Of a stretch of DNA of 47,182 nt, positions 38,321 to 47,102 are shown piece after piece. Each line of letters opens with the position of its first letter. Positions within the stretch are counted from its first letter, which is position 1. The stretch comes from Acidimicrobiia bacterium. Its GTDB lineage: Bacteria > Actinomycetota > Acidimicrobiia > Acidimicrobiales > JANYDT01. The translations under genes were made by a program, and so were the position numbers. The notes beneath the pieces are model-generated. The model was not told the origin of the DNA. It was given only the letters and a program-made list of their open reading frames with translations, and ran no database searches. The stretch spans positions 1 through 47,182 of the forward strand of contig JAYVSS010000230.1 of the NCBI GenBank assembly GCA_043775075.1. The letters run 5' to 3'.

Positions 38321-39175
38321 ATGGCCCGGTCGACGCGGTTCGTCGGCGAGCGGTTGTGGGTGTCGAGTCTCATGGCGGTGGCGGCGTGGTTCTTCGGGCT
38401 GCTTTTCTTCTTTCCAGTGCTGTGGATGGTCCTCACGTCGTTTAAGACCGAGGTCAATGCGCAAACGTCCACCCCGAACCTCAATCTCGACGCCGGGCTG
38501 GCACAGTTTCGGTTGACCACGAAAAGCCTTCCCGGATCACTCACGTTCGCCCGGGCCATCACCGTTTCGCTGTTCGTTGTGCTCGTCTCCACGGCGTTCG
38601 TGCTCGTTCTCGCCATTCCCGCGGCCTATGCGTTGGCGGTTCGGCCGATCCGTAAGTGGCGTGACGTATTGCTGTTCTTCATCTCCACGAAATTTCTCCC
38701 GATAGCCGCGGCGATTCTTCCGCTCTACTCGATCTTTAAGTATCTCCATCTACTCGACACCCGTCTATCGCTCGTTGTCGTCTACACGTCGATGAACCTT
38801 CCGCTCGCTGTGTGGATGCTCCGATCGTTCTTCGCCGAAGTACCGAAGGAATTGCTCGAAGCGGCGGAAATCGACGGGGCCAATCTATGGCAGCGAGTGC
38901 GATCGATCCTCATGCCGATCGTCATGCCCGGCGTCTCAGCGACGGCGCTTCTGTGCTTCATCTTTGCGTGGAATGAATTCTTCCTCGTGGTCAATCTCAG
39001 TACCTTCAAGGCACAGACGATGCCAATCTGGGTCACCACGATGATCAGTACTCGAGGTCAGTTCCTCGCCAAGCTGTGTGCGGCATCGACGCTTGCTTGT
39101 CTGCCCGTGGTTCTGGCCGGATGGCTTGCGCAGAAACGCTTGGTACGTGGACTTACCATGGGCGCAGTCAAGTAG
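38321..39175 (+). CDS. Carbohydrate ABC permease (SmoG-like)
   Basis: FFISTKFLP, EAAEIDGA, FAWNE and LVRGLTMGAVK motifs. Confidence 0.92.
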   Translation: MARSTRFVGERLWVSSLMAVAAWFFGLLFFFPVLWMVLTSFKTEVNAQTSTPNLNLDAGLAQFRLTTKSLPGSLTFARAITVSLFVVLVSTAFVLVLAIPAAYALAVRPIRKWRDVLLFFISTKFLPIAAAILPLYSIFKYLHLLDTRLSLVVVYTSMNLPLAVWMLRSFFAEVPKELLEAAEIDGANLWQRVRSILMPIVMPGVSATALLCFIFAWNEFFLVVNLSTFKAQTMPIWVTTMISTRGQFLAKLCAASTLACLPVVLAGWLAQKRLVRGLTMGAVK

Positions 39176-39278
39176 CTCAACCTGCGCGGCGTGAGCAATC
39201 GGCATGCGGACTCGCCTTGCCCATGCCGCGCGGATCCGGCTGACTTCTGAGCGCATCACTGTTTCGCCGGACGGTTCG

Positions 39279-39362
39279 TCGAACTGGACTAATTCGCGTC
39301 CACCTGGACTGATTTGCGGCACTGCATATCGGTCCCGCTCGACGCGTACCAGTCCACGTCGG
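39279..39362. repeat. MITE/REP-like element, copy B
   Basis: 39282-39361 aligns without gaps to 31581-31660 at 61/80 by hand count; its left end TCGAACTGGACT is the exact reverse complement of the right end of copy A. Confidence 0.8.
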
Positions 39363-39370
39363 TTCAGTAC

Positions 39371-39646
39371 GGAGGGCTCGTCACATCGACGGAAACCGAT
39401 GGTAAGCGTACGTTCCAAATTACGCCCGAAGGCGAAGCGGTGGCCGCGGCGAGGATGGAAGCCAACGGCAGTCCGTGGGAAATGGGCAATGACGATGAGC
39501 ATCACAAGATGCGAGTTGGCATTCAACAGCTCAGGGCCGCCGTAAAGCAGGTCGCCATGAGCGCCGACCCGGTCACATTGCAGAAGGCCGAAGTCATCGT
39601 GACCGAGGCTCGTCGAAAGCTCTACCAACTCCTTGCGGAGTCATGA
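39371..39646 (+). pseudogene. 5'-truncated PadR-family regulator
   Basis: GLVTSTETDGKRTFQITPEG..SPWE..LRAAVKQVA..EARRKLYQLLAES is the wing plus C-terminal helices of actinobacterial PadR. The HGYE and SPGSxYP helices are absent in all three forward frames upstream. Confidence 0.75.
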
Positions 39647-39690
39647 GTCCACTGGCGACGCAAGACGACCGATCAGTCACTCTGCGTACG

Positions 39691-39712
39691 TAGAGTCAGC
39701 GCGCTGACTCTA
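39691..39712. terminator. Perfect 22-nt palindrome between convergent genes, possible bidirectional terminator
   Basis: TAGAGTCAGCGCGCTGACTCTA; no U-tract. Confidence 0.45.
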
Positions 39713-39719
39713 TTGACCG

Positions 39720-41909
39720 CTAGGCGCTGGCGGACTGGCTTCGCGTCGCGACCACTTGTGGGGTGCCTTCGACGTTGAGCTTGGGGATGAGTTTGTCGAG
39801 CCACTTCGGGAACCACCAGTTGCGATCACCGAGGAGTTCCATGGTGGCCGGGACGAGAACGATGCGGACGATCGTGGCGTCGATGAATACGGCCGTGGCA
39901 AGGCCGATTCCCATCACCTTGATAGCCCGGTCTCCGAGTGCGAATCCCAGAAATACGCAGACCATGATGGCGGCGGCGGCGGTAATCACGCGGGCCGTCG
40001 AGGCCAGTCCTTCGACCACCGCGCTTCCGTTGTCGTGACCATGGTCGTAGTACTCACGAATCCGCGAGAGCAGGAATACTTCGTAGTCCATCGAAAGGCC
40101 GAAGACGATGGCGAACATCATCATGGGAATCCACGGCTCGATCGGGCCCGGTTTGCCCACGCCAAGCGCCGATGACAACCAGCCCCACTGGAACACCGCC
40201 ACGACGAGACCGTATGCCGCACCAATGGACAACAGGTTCATGATCACGGCCTTCAGCGGCACGAGAATGCTGCGGAAGACCGCCATCAGAAGCAGGAACG
40301 AAAGGATGAGTACAACCCCAATGAACAACGGGAGTCGTGCACCAATCAGCCCGGCAAAGTCAATGCCCCCGGCGGTGAACCCACCGAGGTAGGCAACGGC
40401 GCCGGTGCCGGCCACCGCCGGGGCGATCACGTTCTTGCGGAGGTTGTGCACGAGCTTGTCCGTGGCCTCGTCTTGCGGTCCCGTGGTAGGTACGAAGTTG
40501 AGGAGAAAGGCGTTGCCCGACGGCAACGGCTGGGCCTGGGCGAACGCCACGCCCGGCGTGGCTTTGACGGCAGCTTCAAGCTTGGCGACTGCCGCCTTGG
40601 CGTCGGGCGTGGTTGCCTCGATGGCGATAACACCCCGGGCATTGGACCCCGGACCAAACGCCTTGGCCTTGATGTCGTACGCCTTACGAGTGGTGTTGTC
40701 CTTGGCGTTGTTGCCCTGATCGGAAAATCCGAGACGCAGCGAGAGCAGCGGAATCGACGCCGCAACGAGGAGAGCGAAGCCGCCGATAGCAAACGGCCAC
40801 GCCCGACGTTGCACGAGCCGACTCCAGCGATGCCAGCCGGTCTCGACCTTCTTGACTTTTCCTTTGCGATGAATGGACCACTTGTCGATGTTGCGCCCAA
40901 TGAAGCCGAGCATGGCCGGAATTAGGGTGATGGTGGCCAGAACAATCACGAACACCGGCAAAGCGCCGGCAATGGCGATCGAGTTGATGAAGGTGAGGCC
41001 CATCAAGAACATGCCGAGCATCGAAATGATGACCGTGCAGCCGGCGAACACAACGGCTCGGCCCGCCGTGGTTATGGCCCGGACGGTGGCGTCATGAGGC
41101 TCGTGTGTTTCCAGTTCATCCTTGTATCGGGTGACGATAAACAGCACGTAATCGATGCCGACGCCAAGACCAATCATCCCGGTAATGCTGGTGACAAACG
41201 ACGGCATCGTGGTGAATTTCGATGCAATTCCTACTAACGCAACGGCAATGCCGACGCCGAGCGCGGCGGTTAGAATAGGGAGCCCCATGGCGATGACGGA
41301 ACCGAACGCCAGGAGAAGGATCAAAACAGCGGCGAGCAGGCCGAACGCTTCACTTGGAGGGAGCGTGAATCCCGCGAAGGGCTGACCGCCAAACTCTGTT
41401 TTCACCCCCTGCGCCCGGAGCGGCTGGGCCAATTTGATCAGCTTGATCGGTTCTGTGGCGAGGGCAACACCGTCGTTAAAGGTGACCTGAGAAACGCCGA
41501 CGGTTCCGTCGGGCGAAACGGCTCCGACCTGCTTGGCATCGAACGGCGAACTTACGGATTTGATGATTTTTGACTTGGCAAAACCGTCGATCCACGTGGT
41601 GATCTCCGCTTGCTTTGACGCAATCCCGGCCGGGACCTGAAAGACAATCTCGCCGGTCTGTCCGGTGGACTGAGCCTTAATCTGAGGAAACTCTTTTTCA
41701 ATCAACGCCGTGGCTTTGGCTGATTCAGTGTTCGACCCGCCGCCTTGAGCGTCGTCGAACTTCCCCCCGAGGGCACCGGAGACGGCGAAAGCCGCCGGGA
41801 GGGCCAGAATCCAGACCAGGAGGACGATGCGTCGATGACGAAAGCACGTCGACGCGATCCGTTCGAGGAGTGGGCGTTTGGCGAGGAGTGGTTCCGGCGA
41901 GACGTTCAC
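39720..41909 (-). CDS. MMPL (RND-superfamily) transporter
   Basis: GLGVGIDY, TAGRAVVFAG, FGLSMDYEVFL, TARVITAAA and LGDRNWW motifs; start uncertain (GTG 41909 chosen). Confidence 0.92.
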   Translation of the reverse strand: MNVSPEPLLAKRPLLERIASTCFRHRRIVLLVWILALPAAFAVSGALGGKFDDAQGGGSNTESAKATALIEKEFPQIKAQSTGQTGEIVFQVPAGIASKQAEITTWIDGFAKSKIIKSVSSPFDAKQVGAVSPDGTVGVSQVTFNDGVALATEPIKLIKLAQPLRAQGVKTEFGGQPFAGFTLPPSEAFGLLAAVLILLLAFGSVIAMGLPILTAALGVGIAVALVGIASKFTTMPSFVTSITGMIGLGVGIDYVLFIVTRYKDELETHEPHDATVRAITTAGRAVVFAGCTVIISMLGMFLMGLTFINSIAIAGALPVFVIVLATITLIPAMLGFIGRNIDKWSIHRKGKVKKVETGWHRWSRLVQRRAWPFAIGGFALLVAASIPLLSLRLGFSDQGNNAKDNTTRKAYDIKAKAFGPGSNARGVIAIEATTPDAKAAVAKLEAAVKATPGVAFAQAQPLPSGNAFLLNFVPTTGPQDEATDKLVHNLRKNVIAPAVAGTGAVAYLGGFTAGGIDFAGLIGARLPLFIGVVLILSFLLLMAVFRSILVPLKAVIMNLLSIGAAYGLVVAVFQWGWLSSALGVGKPGPIEPWIPMMMFAIVFGLSMDYEVFLLSRIREYYDHGHDNGSAVVEGLASTARVITAAAAIMVCVFLGFALGDRAIKVMGIGLATAVFIDATIVRIVLVPATMELLGDRNWWFPKWLDKLIPKLNVEGTPQVVATRSQSASA

Positions 41910-42071
41910 GTACGCGAGTTTCCCAGACGGCTTTGCGTCAGTGAACGAATTGCCTGTCAAGGTGTCACATCTCACACGGTCCATATGCGCCCGTCGCCCG
42001 CTCCGTAGCAACGATTAGCGGAGTCGGGCTCGTACCTCGGTGGGCTCTGGTGCTGATGGGGTAGAAGACTG

Positions 42072-43187
42072 GTGCAGATGACTTCGCTTTCTGCCGATCG
42101 AGTCCGGGCGATGCGCATGGCCAGCTTGCTGCTGGACGAACCCACCGCCGGGACGCCAGCCGAGATTGTGCGTTGGTTCGGGGCGATGCAAGCCCAGGAC
42201 CTGGCCAGCGGACAGTGGTCGTTTGGTGTTCGTCTGCCCGGATCAACTGTTGAAGACATTGAACAGGCAACCCGTGATCGGCACATCGTGCGAACGTGGC
42301 CGATGCGCGGAACCGTTCATTTTGTTCCGCCCGAGGACGCAAAGTGGATGCTGGAGCTGACCGGCGTGCGGGCGTTGCAAGGGGTCGAAGCCCGGCGCCA
42401 ACTCCTCGGCCTCACCGAAGCGGACGTCAACCGAGCGGCGGACGTCTTAGCAAGCGCGCTAAGTGGTGGCAAACAACTCACTCGGGCGCAGTGTGTTGAA
42501 CACCTCGTGGAAGACGGAGTGCACACCGCTCCGGGGCACAGCTACCACCTGCTCTGGTATGCGTCGCAGATCGGAATTACCTGCATCGGACCGCAATTCG
42601 GCAACGAGCAGACGTTCGTGTTGCTGAACGAATGGGTTACGAAGCCGCGAGTGCTTACCCGAGACGAGGGCCTGGCGACCTTGGCGCTGCGCTACTTCCA
42701 GAGTCACGGTCCGACGACTCGCCAAGACTTTGCCGGGTGGACCGGGCTCACGGCGGGCGATGCCAAGCGCGGGATCGAGGCGGCGGGCGATGCGCTCACC
42801 ACCGTTGGCGTCGAAGGTATTCCTCACCTTGTCAATTCAAGTCAGCTCGACGCGTCGTCGACGGTTTTGGCCAAGAAGCGCGCTGGTGAGGTCTTGTTGC
42901 TTCCTGGTTTCGACGAATACATGCTCGGCTTTAAAGACCGCTCGCTCATGGTCGCGGACCAATTCAAACAGCGGATCGTCCCGGGAAACAATGGGGTTTT
43001 CATGCCGACGATCGTGCTCGATGGCCGGGTCATCGGCACCTGGAAACGCGAGATCAAGCGCAAGGGCGTGGAAGTACGCGCGCTTCCCTTCGACCCTCTC
43101 ACGAAGAAGCAACGATCGTCGTTCATCGATGCGGGCAATCGATACGCAGCGTACTTACAACTTGAACCGTCCTACCCCGACCTGTAG
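42072..43187 (+). CDS. HTH_42 winged-helix protein, AlkZ-like DNA glycosylase
   Basis: GAMQAQD (QxQ catalytic motif), RTWPMRGTVH, HGPTTRQDFAGWTG and LLPGFDEY motifs. Confidence 0.85.
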   Translation: MQMTSLSADRVRAMRMASLLLDEPTAGTPAEIVRWFGAMQAQDLASGQWSFGVRLPGSTVEDIEQATRDRHIVRTWPMRGTVHFVPPEDAKWMLELTGVRALQGVEARRQLLGLTEADVNRAADVLASALSGGKQLTRAQCVEHLVEDGVHTAPGHSYHLLWYASQIGITCIGPQFGNEQTFVLLNEWVTKPRVLTRDEGLATLALRYFQSHGPTTRQDFAGWTGLTAGDAKRGIEAAGDALTTVGVEGIPHLVNSSQLDASSTVLAKKRAGEVLLLPGFDEYMLGFKDRSLMVADQFKQRIVPGNNGVFMPTIVLDGRVIGTWKREIKRKGVEVRALPFDPLTKKQRSSFIDAGNRYAAYLQLEPSYPDL

Positions 43188-43240
43188 TTAGGCGGCGGAC
43201 TCTTTCGCCTTTGGGAGCGCAAGTGTCTATCGTTGCGTCT

Positions 43241-43771
43241 GTGCGCATTTCGAGCCAACGCCTAGCGATATCGGTCATCCTGTCGATTTTTACGGTGGGC
43301 GGTTCCGGAATTCTCGTGCAGCACCCGGTGGGGGCATCGGCGGCAACGATTTCTCAGCCGTGCCGGCTGGCCACACCGACCGCCGTTTCCATCGCAGTTA
43401 GTATGCGCACAGAGTACATTTCCTCTCCGGAACGCTTTGGGCAAGATGGTTGTTCGTGGCACACCACCAATCCAAATTGCTTTGTCCGTTCACTGGCTAT
43501 TCGAATCGTTCGAGATGCCGCTGCAGTACGAGCTCTCGAGGCCGCCAGTACTGATGTTGCGCCACAGTCCCGTGCCCCTTCGCTTCCCCAAGGTTCGTTC
43601 TTTCGCTCGGAGGATCTCCCACCTGGTGCAGCAATCATGATCGATCATTTGTATGTGCGATGGTCATCGTCATGGGTTGACTACAGCCTGTCTGGGCGGC
43701 TGGGTCACGATGGGTCGCAGAAGCTCCTCGAACGGGTGGCCAAATCTGCGCCGAAGGTATTGCGGGGCTAA
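43241..43771 (+). CDS. Hypothetical secreted protein
   Basis: Signal-peptide-like N-terminus ending ASA; PCRL..CSW pattern; TATCGT-N7-GTG start. Confidence 0.55.
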   Translation: MRISSQRLAISVILSIFTVGGSGILVQHPVGASAATISQPCRLATPTAVSIAVSMRTEYISSPERFGQDGCSWHTTNPNCFVRSLAIRIVRDAAAVRALEAASTDVAPQSRAPSLPQGSFFRSEDLPPGAAIMIDHLYVRWSSSWVDYSLSGRLGHDGSQKLLERVAKSAPKVLRG

Positions 43772-44538
43772 CGGGCGATTCGGCGAGGTCGCTCGATTTC
43801 CACGTGGACGCCGGGCGACCAACGAACATAGGGCGGCTCCGTCGGACTCGGTAGACCAGCAGCGGTGAAGAGAGATTCGCGCCAGCCGGTCGCCTCTGCT
43901 CGATGAATAGCCCACGTCCCGTGGCCGACTTTGGCCCACAGAAGACCTTTGGCAAAGGTGGAACCAAGGGCCCATCGAGCGGTGAGGAAGTGATCAAGTT
44001 CGGTCAGTTCGTCTTGCGGAACTGCTTCGCCCACGCGGACGACGACATGTGAGCGGGCCTCGCCCTTCGGCCACCGTCGCCGGGACCGATACTCCCATTC
44101 CTCCAACCCGCTGCGGGGAGAGTGCTCGATTGTCATTTCGGCCCAGCAGTAAGGAAGGCGGTAGGTCAAGCGAGCGACGAGCGCCGCGAGGAACCTGGTG
44201 ACATCGAGACTGAAGAACCACACCCCTCTTCGCCCCGATGGGTCGACGATGTACGTACGAATGTTGGTTTCCGGAAACGTTGAGAGCGGGCCCAATGGCG
44301 GAAGCCCCGGGAGGCGAATGCGTTCCATCTGAAACGGGAGAAGCCCGACCCAGGCCCGGTCATCATGGGTATCGACGGTGAATCCTGCGGGCAAAAGCTG
44401 CTGCACGACGGCCGGCGGGAACGACCAGTGGAGCGCAGCAAGATTGGTCCAACTTTGCAGCATGATCGGCCGACGAATGCGGTGGGGCGCAAGAACGGTG
44501 ATTGCCTCAACGCTGCTGTCATTGAGAAGAACGCCCAC
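43768..44538 (-). CDS. YqjF/DUF2071 family protein
   Basis: MLQSWTNLAALHW, FPETNIRTY, GVWFFSLD and FLTARW motifs. Confidence 0.88.
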   Translation of the reverse strand: MGVLLNDSSVEAITVLAPHRIRRPIMLQSWTNLAALHWSFPPAVVQQLLPAGFTVDTHDDRAWVGLLPFQMERIRLPGLPPLGPLSTFPETNIRTYIVDPSGRRGVWFFSLDVTRFLAALVARLTYRLPYCWAEMTIEHSPRSGLEEWEYRSRRRWPKGEARSHVVVRVGEAVPQDELTELDHFLTARWALGSTFAKGLLWAKVGHGTWAIHRAEATGWRESLFTAAGLPSPTEPPYVRWSPGVHVEIERPRRIAR

Positions 44539-44604
44539 GCCACGACCCTACGCCTGCTCGGTCCTTAGTTGTTCTTGGCGGTCTGCCGCAGGCAAAGTGG
44601 TGGA

Positions 44605-45060
44605 GTGAGTTCGCGTCGCCCACCGAGTCCGGACGCGTCGGAGCGAGACGAGACGAAAGCGTGTTGTTCGTGCGGGCGGACGATCACGTGGCGCAAAGCG
44701 TGGGAGCGCTCGTGGCCCGAGGTCAAGTATTGCTCGGATGCGTGTCGTCGCCGCAAAGTCGATTGCGTCGATGCGGACTTGGAAGCGGCGATTCTGTCCT
44801 TGCTGTCGGAGCGCCATGAGGGAAAGACGATCTGCCCGTCCGAGGCAGCGCGTCTAGCTCGGCCGGAGGGATGGGAGGAACTGATGGAGCCCGCTCGGCG
44901 AGCGGCCCGCCGTCTTGTAAGTACACACATGATCGAAATCATGCAGAAGGGACGAGTGGTTGACGCTTCAACGGCGAGGGGTCCGATTCGTCTTCGCCTG
45001 GCGTCGTTCCCGCCGCTTGGCGAAACCTCTCGGCCGTCTCGACCGACTCGCCCGAAGTAG
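44605..45060 (+). CDS. DUF2256-DUF3253 fusion protein
   Basis: KACCSCGRTITWRKAWERSWPEVKYCSDACR (DUF2256) followed by TICPSEAAR..QKG..RGPIRLR (DUF3253). Confidence 0.85.
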   Translation: MSSRRPPSPDASERDETKACCSCGRTITWRKAWERSWPEVKYCSDACRRRKVDCVDADLEAAILSLLSERHEGKTICPSEAARLARPEGWEELMEPARRAARRLVSTHMIEIMQKGRVVDASTARGPIRLRLASFPPLGETSRPSRPTRPK

Positions 45061-45086
45061 CACTCCGGCCCGGCTGTACTGGAGGG

Positions 45087-46313
45087 ATGCGTCTAGCAAA
45101 TCCTTCTCCTCGCCGGGTCGTCGAGTGGGTGACCGAACACCTCGGGCACGTGTGCTCTGATATCCCTGCTCCCTCCCCGAGGTTTCGCGGCACGCAGGAA
45201 GCCGCCGACGCTGCTCTGCGCGCATGTGGAGTGGATGGATACGCTCGGCGGCGAAGCGAGGTATGGCCGACTGAGCGTCGTGGAGCGTCAGGACTCTCGC
45301 CGTGGATCAGACACGGCTTCCTCACCTTGCCGCGGGTGTGGGCGCACGTGGAGGGCGGGCCGGCGGCCGACGTCAGTAAGTTTCGTGACGAACTCCTCTG
45401 GGCCGAGTACTCCCGCCATCTCTACGCGCGCTTAGGACAGGCGATGGCCGAAGGCCTGCGCGCCAGTCGCACTGAGTCGATGATTGAACACGACCCGTGG
45501 GACCGATCGATGGCGTGCATGGACCTCACTGTGGGCGAACTGGAGCGCGATGGCTGGCTGGTCAACCAAACGCGGATGTGGCTGGCCTCGCAGTGGGCGG
45601 TTCGTCATGGTGCCCCGTGGCGCGATGGTGAGGATCGTTTTTTCACCCATCTGCTCGACGGCTCGCGGGCGGCGAACCGTTCGGGCTGGCAGTGGACCGT
45701 CGGCACGGGGAACGGCAAGTCGTATGGGTTCGCCCGATGGCAGGTGGAGAAACGAGCACCGGGACTGTGCGATACGTGCGTCCATCGTCGCAGTTGCCCG
45801 ATCGAGCACTACGGCGAAGACCTACGTCTTCATACGAACGCACCCCATCCGCTCCTTCGCGAAGATCCTGACGCTCACACCACGGGTGGTCCGATCGCCG
45901 TGCAAACGCTGGACGAGCCCGATGTGGTCTGGCTTACCGCTGAGTCGCTCGGCGAATATGATCCCGCCCTCCGAGCCAACCCAAGTCTCGGCGTCCTGTT
46001 CGTATTCGATGAGCCACTCCTTCGTCGGCTCCGGCTGTCGGGAAAGCGTTTGATCTTTCTCGCTGAACGTCTGGCGGAGCTGGCCGAAAAACGCCCCGTC
46101 GAACTTCATTTGGGGCGACCACTCGACGTACTCGGAGATCGCCGGGTGGCCACCACCTTCGCCCCTGTCCCCGGATGGCGGGCGTTGACAAACCAACGCC
46201 CACCGGTCGAACTCCATCCGTGGCCGTGGCTGCGTCGACCGAACGGGGGCACGCTCATGTCGTTCTCGGCCTGGAGCGGCACCTCATTTCGCGACCGCCG
46301 TAAGCGGACCTGA
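45087..46313 (+). CDS. Domain-inverted (NewPHL-type) photolyase with putative Fe-S cysteines
   Basis: The FAD-binding domain comes first (SGLSPWIRHG, FRDELLW, GWLVNQTRMWLAS, HLLDG..AN..GWQW). The alpha/beta domain comes last (VVWLTAESL..DPAL..FVFD..KRLIFLAERL). Confidence 0.85.
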   Translation: MRLANPSPRRVVEWVTEHLGHVCSDIPAPSPRFRGTQEAADAALRACGVDGYARRRSEVWPTERRGASGLSPWIRHGFLTLPRVWAHVEGGPAADVSKFRDELLWAEYSRHLYARLGQAMAEGLRASRTESMIEHDPWDRSMACMDLTVGELERDGWLVNQTRMWLASQWAVRHGAPWRDGEDRFFTHLLDGSRAANRSGWQWTVGTGNGKSYGFARWQVEKRAPGLCDTCVHRRSCPIEHYGEDLRLHTNAPHPLLREDPDAHTTGGPIAVQTLDEPDVVWLTAESLGEYDPALRANPSLGVLFVFDEPLLRRLRLSGKRLIFLAERLAELAEKRPVELHLGRPLDVLGDRRVATTFAPVPGWRALTNQRPPVELHPWPWLRRPNGGTLMSFSAWSGTSFRDRRKRT

Positions 46314-46340
46314 GCGCCCTCCTCCGGGGCCGTAACTTGC

Positions 46341-47024
46341 CTACGCGAAGTCTGCGCCCGCGAGTTCCGGCACGCTGTCTCGAACTCCCTGAAGGATACG
46401 GGCCACGACCGCCGCCGGCAGAGCGCCCGGGGGGAACCGGGGCGCGGTTCCGGCCAGCGCTCGCGTTGCCAGTCCGGTCTCGGTGTGGGGTGGCCGGGCG
46501 TCGCACACGAAGATGTTTTGTCGACGAAATTCGCGGTGGAGCGCTCGATTGGCGGCGCTCATGGCGGCTTTCGCCGCCGAATACGCCGCCATATTCGGGA
46601 GGGGGCTTTCGGCTATGACTCCGCTGATATGGACCAGCCATCCGTTCGACGCACTGAGGAGCGGCGCCACACGTTTGGTCAGCCACAGCGGTCCGAGTAC
46701 GTCGATGAGAAACAACTCCTCGAGGATCACATCGTCGAGTTCGGCGAGTCCACCGAAGGCCACGACGCCGGCAGCGTTGACTACGCCATCGAGACGACCG
46801 ATCTCGGTGGCTGCGGCCGCGAGCGTGTCTCCGGCCCGGGCGTCTCGAAGGTCTAGGGGAACAACAACGTCGGCCGGTCCACAAAGCGGCGCGAGCCGTT
46901 CGGGGTGCGGTCCGGCAAGCAACAGCCGTGCGCCTTCGGACCGTAGTTGTTCGACGAACTGCGTGCCGAGACCGCCGCTCGCTCCAACGACGGCTACGAC
47001 ACTGTTAGCGAACGAACGGGACAT
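46341..47024 (-). CDS. Short-chain dehydrogenase/reductase
   Basis: VGASGGLG, VNAAG and YSAAK motifs. Confidence 0.9.
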   Translation of the reverse strand: MSRSFANSVVAVVGASGGLGTQFVEQLRSEGARLLLAGPHPERLAPLCGPADVVVPLDLRDARAGDTLAAAATEIGRLDGVVNAAGVVAFGGLAELDDVILEELFLIDVLGPLWLTKRVAPLLSASNGWLVHISGVIAESPLPNMAAYSAAKAAMSAANRALHREFRRQNIFVCDARPPHTETGLATRALAGTAPRFPPGALPAAVVARILQGVRDSVPELAGADFA

Positions 47025-47102
47025 GCCCTCGACGGTATCGATAACTCGCGGCGAAGCGTTAAGCAACCTAGGCGACGTGCGACGTGCGGCGAGAACTGAG
47101 AG

